In this document: positions 41,490 through 41,651 of the stretch, one piece after another
Layout: every line of letters starts with the position of its first letter
Numbering within the stretch: the stretch's first letter is position 1
Assembly (NCBI GenBank): GCA_023252275.1
Contig: JAHHGO010000002.1
Span: 1-41,651, forward strand
DNA length: 41,651 nucleotides
Source of the DNA: Alphaproteobacteria bacterium
GTDB lineage: Bacteria; Pseudomonadota; Alphaproteobacteria; UBA11222
Direction: 5' to 3'
Notes under the pieces: model-generated
What the model was told of the DNA's origin: nothing
The model's input: only the letters and a program-made list of their open reading frames with translations
Database searches by the model: none
Program-made: the position numbers and the translations under genes

Positions 41490-41651
41490 TCAGGCCTTCC
41501 GCGCCCAGATGGCGTAATCCTGCGGCCCGTAGAAAAGCTGATTAAGCCGGCTTGCGACATCATCGGCGCCCTGCAGTTTCAGCGTGTCATCCGCCTCATG
41601 CAAGTAAATCACTTCTGAATCCACAAAACCACGCTGCCCCACCATGAAGCG
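41490..41651 (-). CDS. C-terminal end of an upstream gene in the same operon (function unknown; runs off the window end)
   Basis: The minus-strand frame is open from the window end to the TGA at 41490-41492 (..LNQLFYGPQDYAIWARKA*). It is tightly coupled to the glycosyltransferase start. Confidence 0.35.
   Translation of the reverse strand, partial: RFMVGQRGFVDSEVIYLHEADDTLKLQGADDVASRLNQLFYGPQDYAIWARKA

Overview
This is a GC-rich, tightly packed chromosomal segment, and I assign it to an alphaproteobacterium. The grounds are a GcrA cell-cycle regulator, an rpsT-(rhodanese)-dnaA-dnaN-recF block, divergent acnA/ccmAB, and CtrA-box-like TTAA-N7-TTAAC motifs. Most of the window is housekeeping: enoyl-CoA hydratase, a MATE pump, gcrA, ccmAB, acnA, fabI-aroC, rpsT, dnaA, dnaN, cinA/pncC, cobT/cobS, PBP1A, and prfB with its programmed +1 frameshift. 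I saw no tRNA, rRNA, CRISPR array, transposase or integrase. Four regions stand out. (1) At about 24611/24612 a 5' fragment of recF and a 5' fragment of ffh meet tail-to-tail, each cut mid-domain. This is either a real rearrangement or an assembly/contig join, and it makes the linkage of everything on either side uncertain. (2) At 25.9-30.7 kb lies an orphan cluster: a lipoprotein secretin, an ABC-2-like polytopic membrane protein, a membrane-anchored helical protein, a long-leader prepilin and an 88-aa mini-prepilin. No assembly ATPase, platform protein or prepilin peptidase is in the window, and both AT-rich upstream regions carry a perfect TTAA-N7-TTAAC motif. This is my best candidate for an undescribed system. 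(3) At 10.2-14.8 kb is a translationally coupled ABC ATPase / ABC-2 permease / GldG-like / DUF4340-like operon of unknown substrate. (4) At 37.1-41.6 kb, gmd sits next to a 1109-aa protein built from three fused GT4-like glycosyltransferase modules. All functional calls come from motif-level recognition of the translated ORFs. No database search was run.
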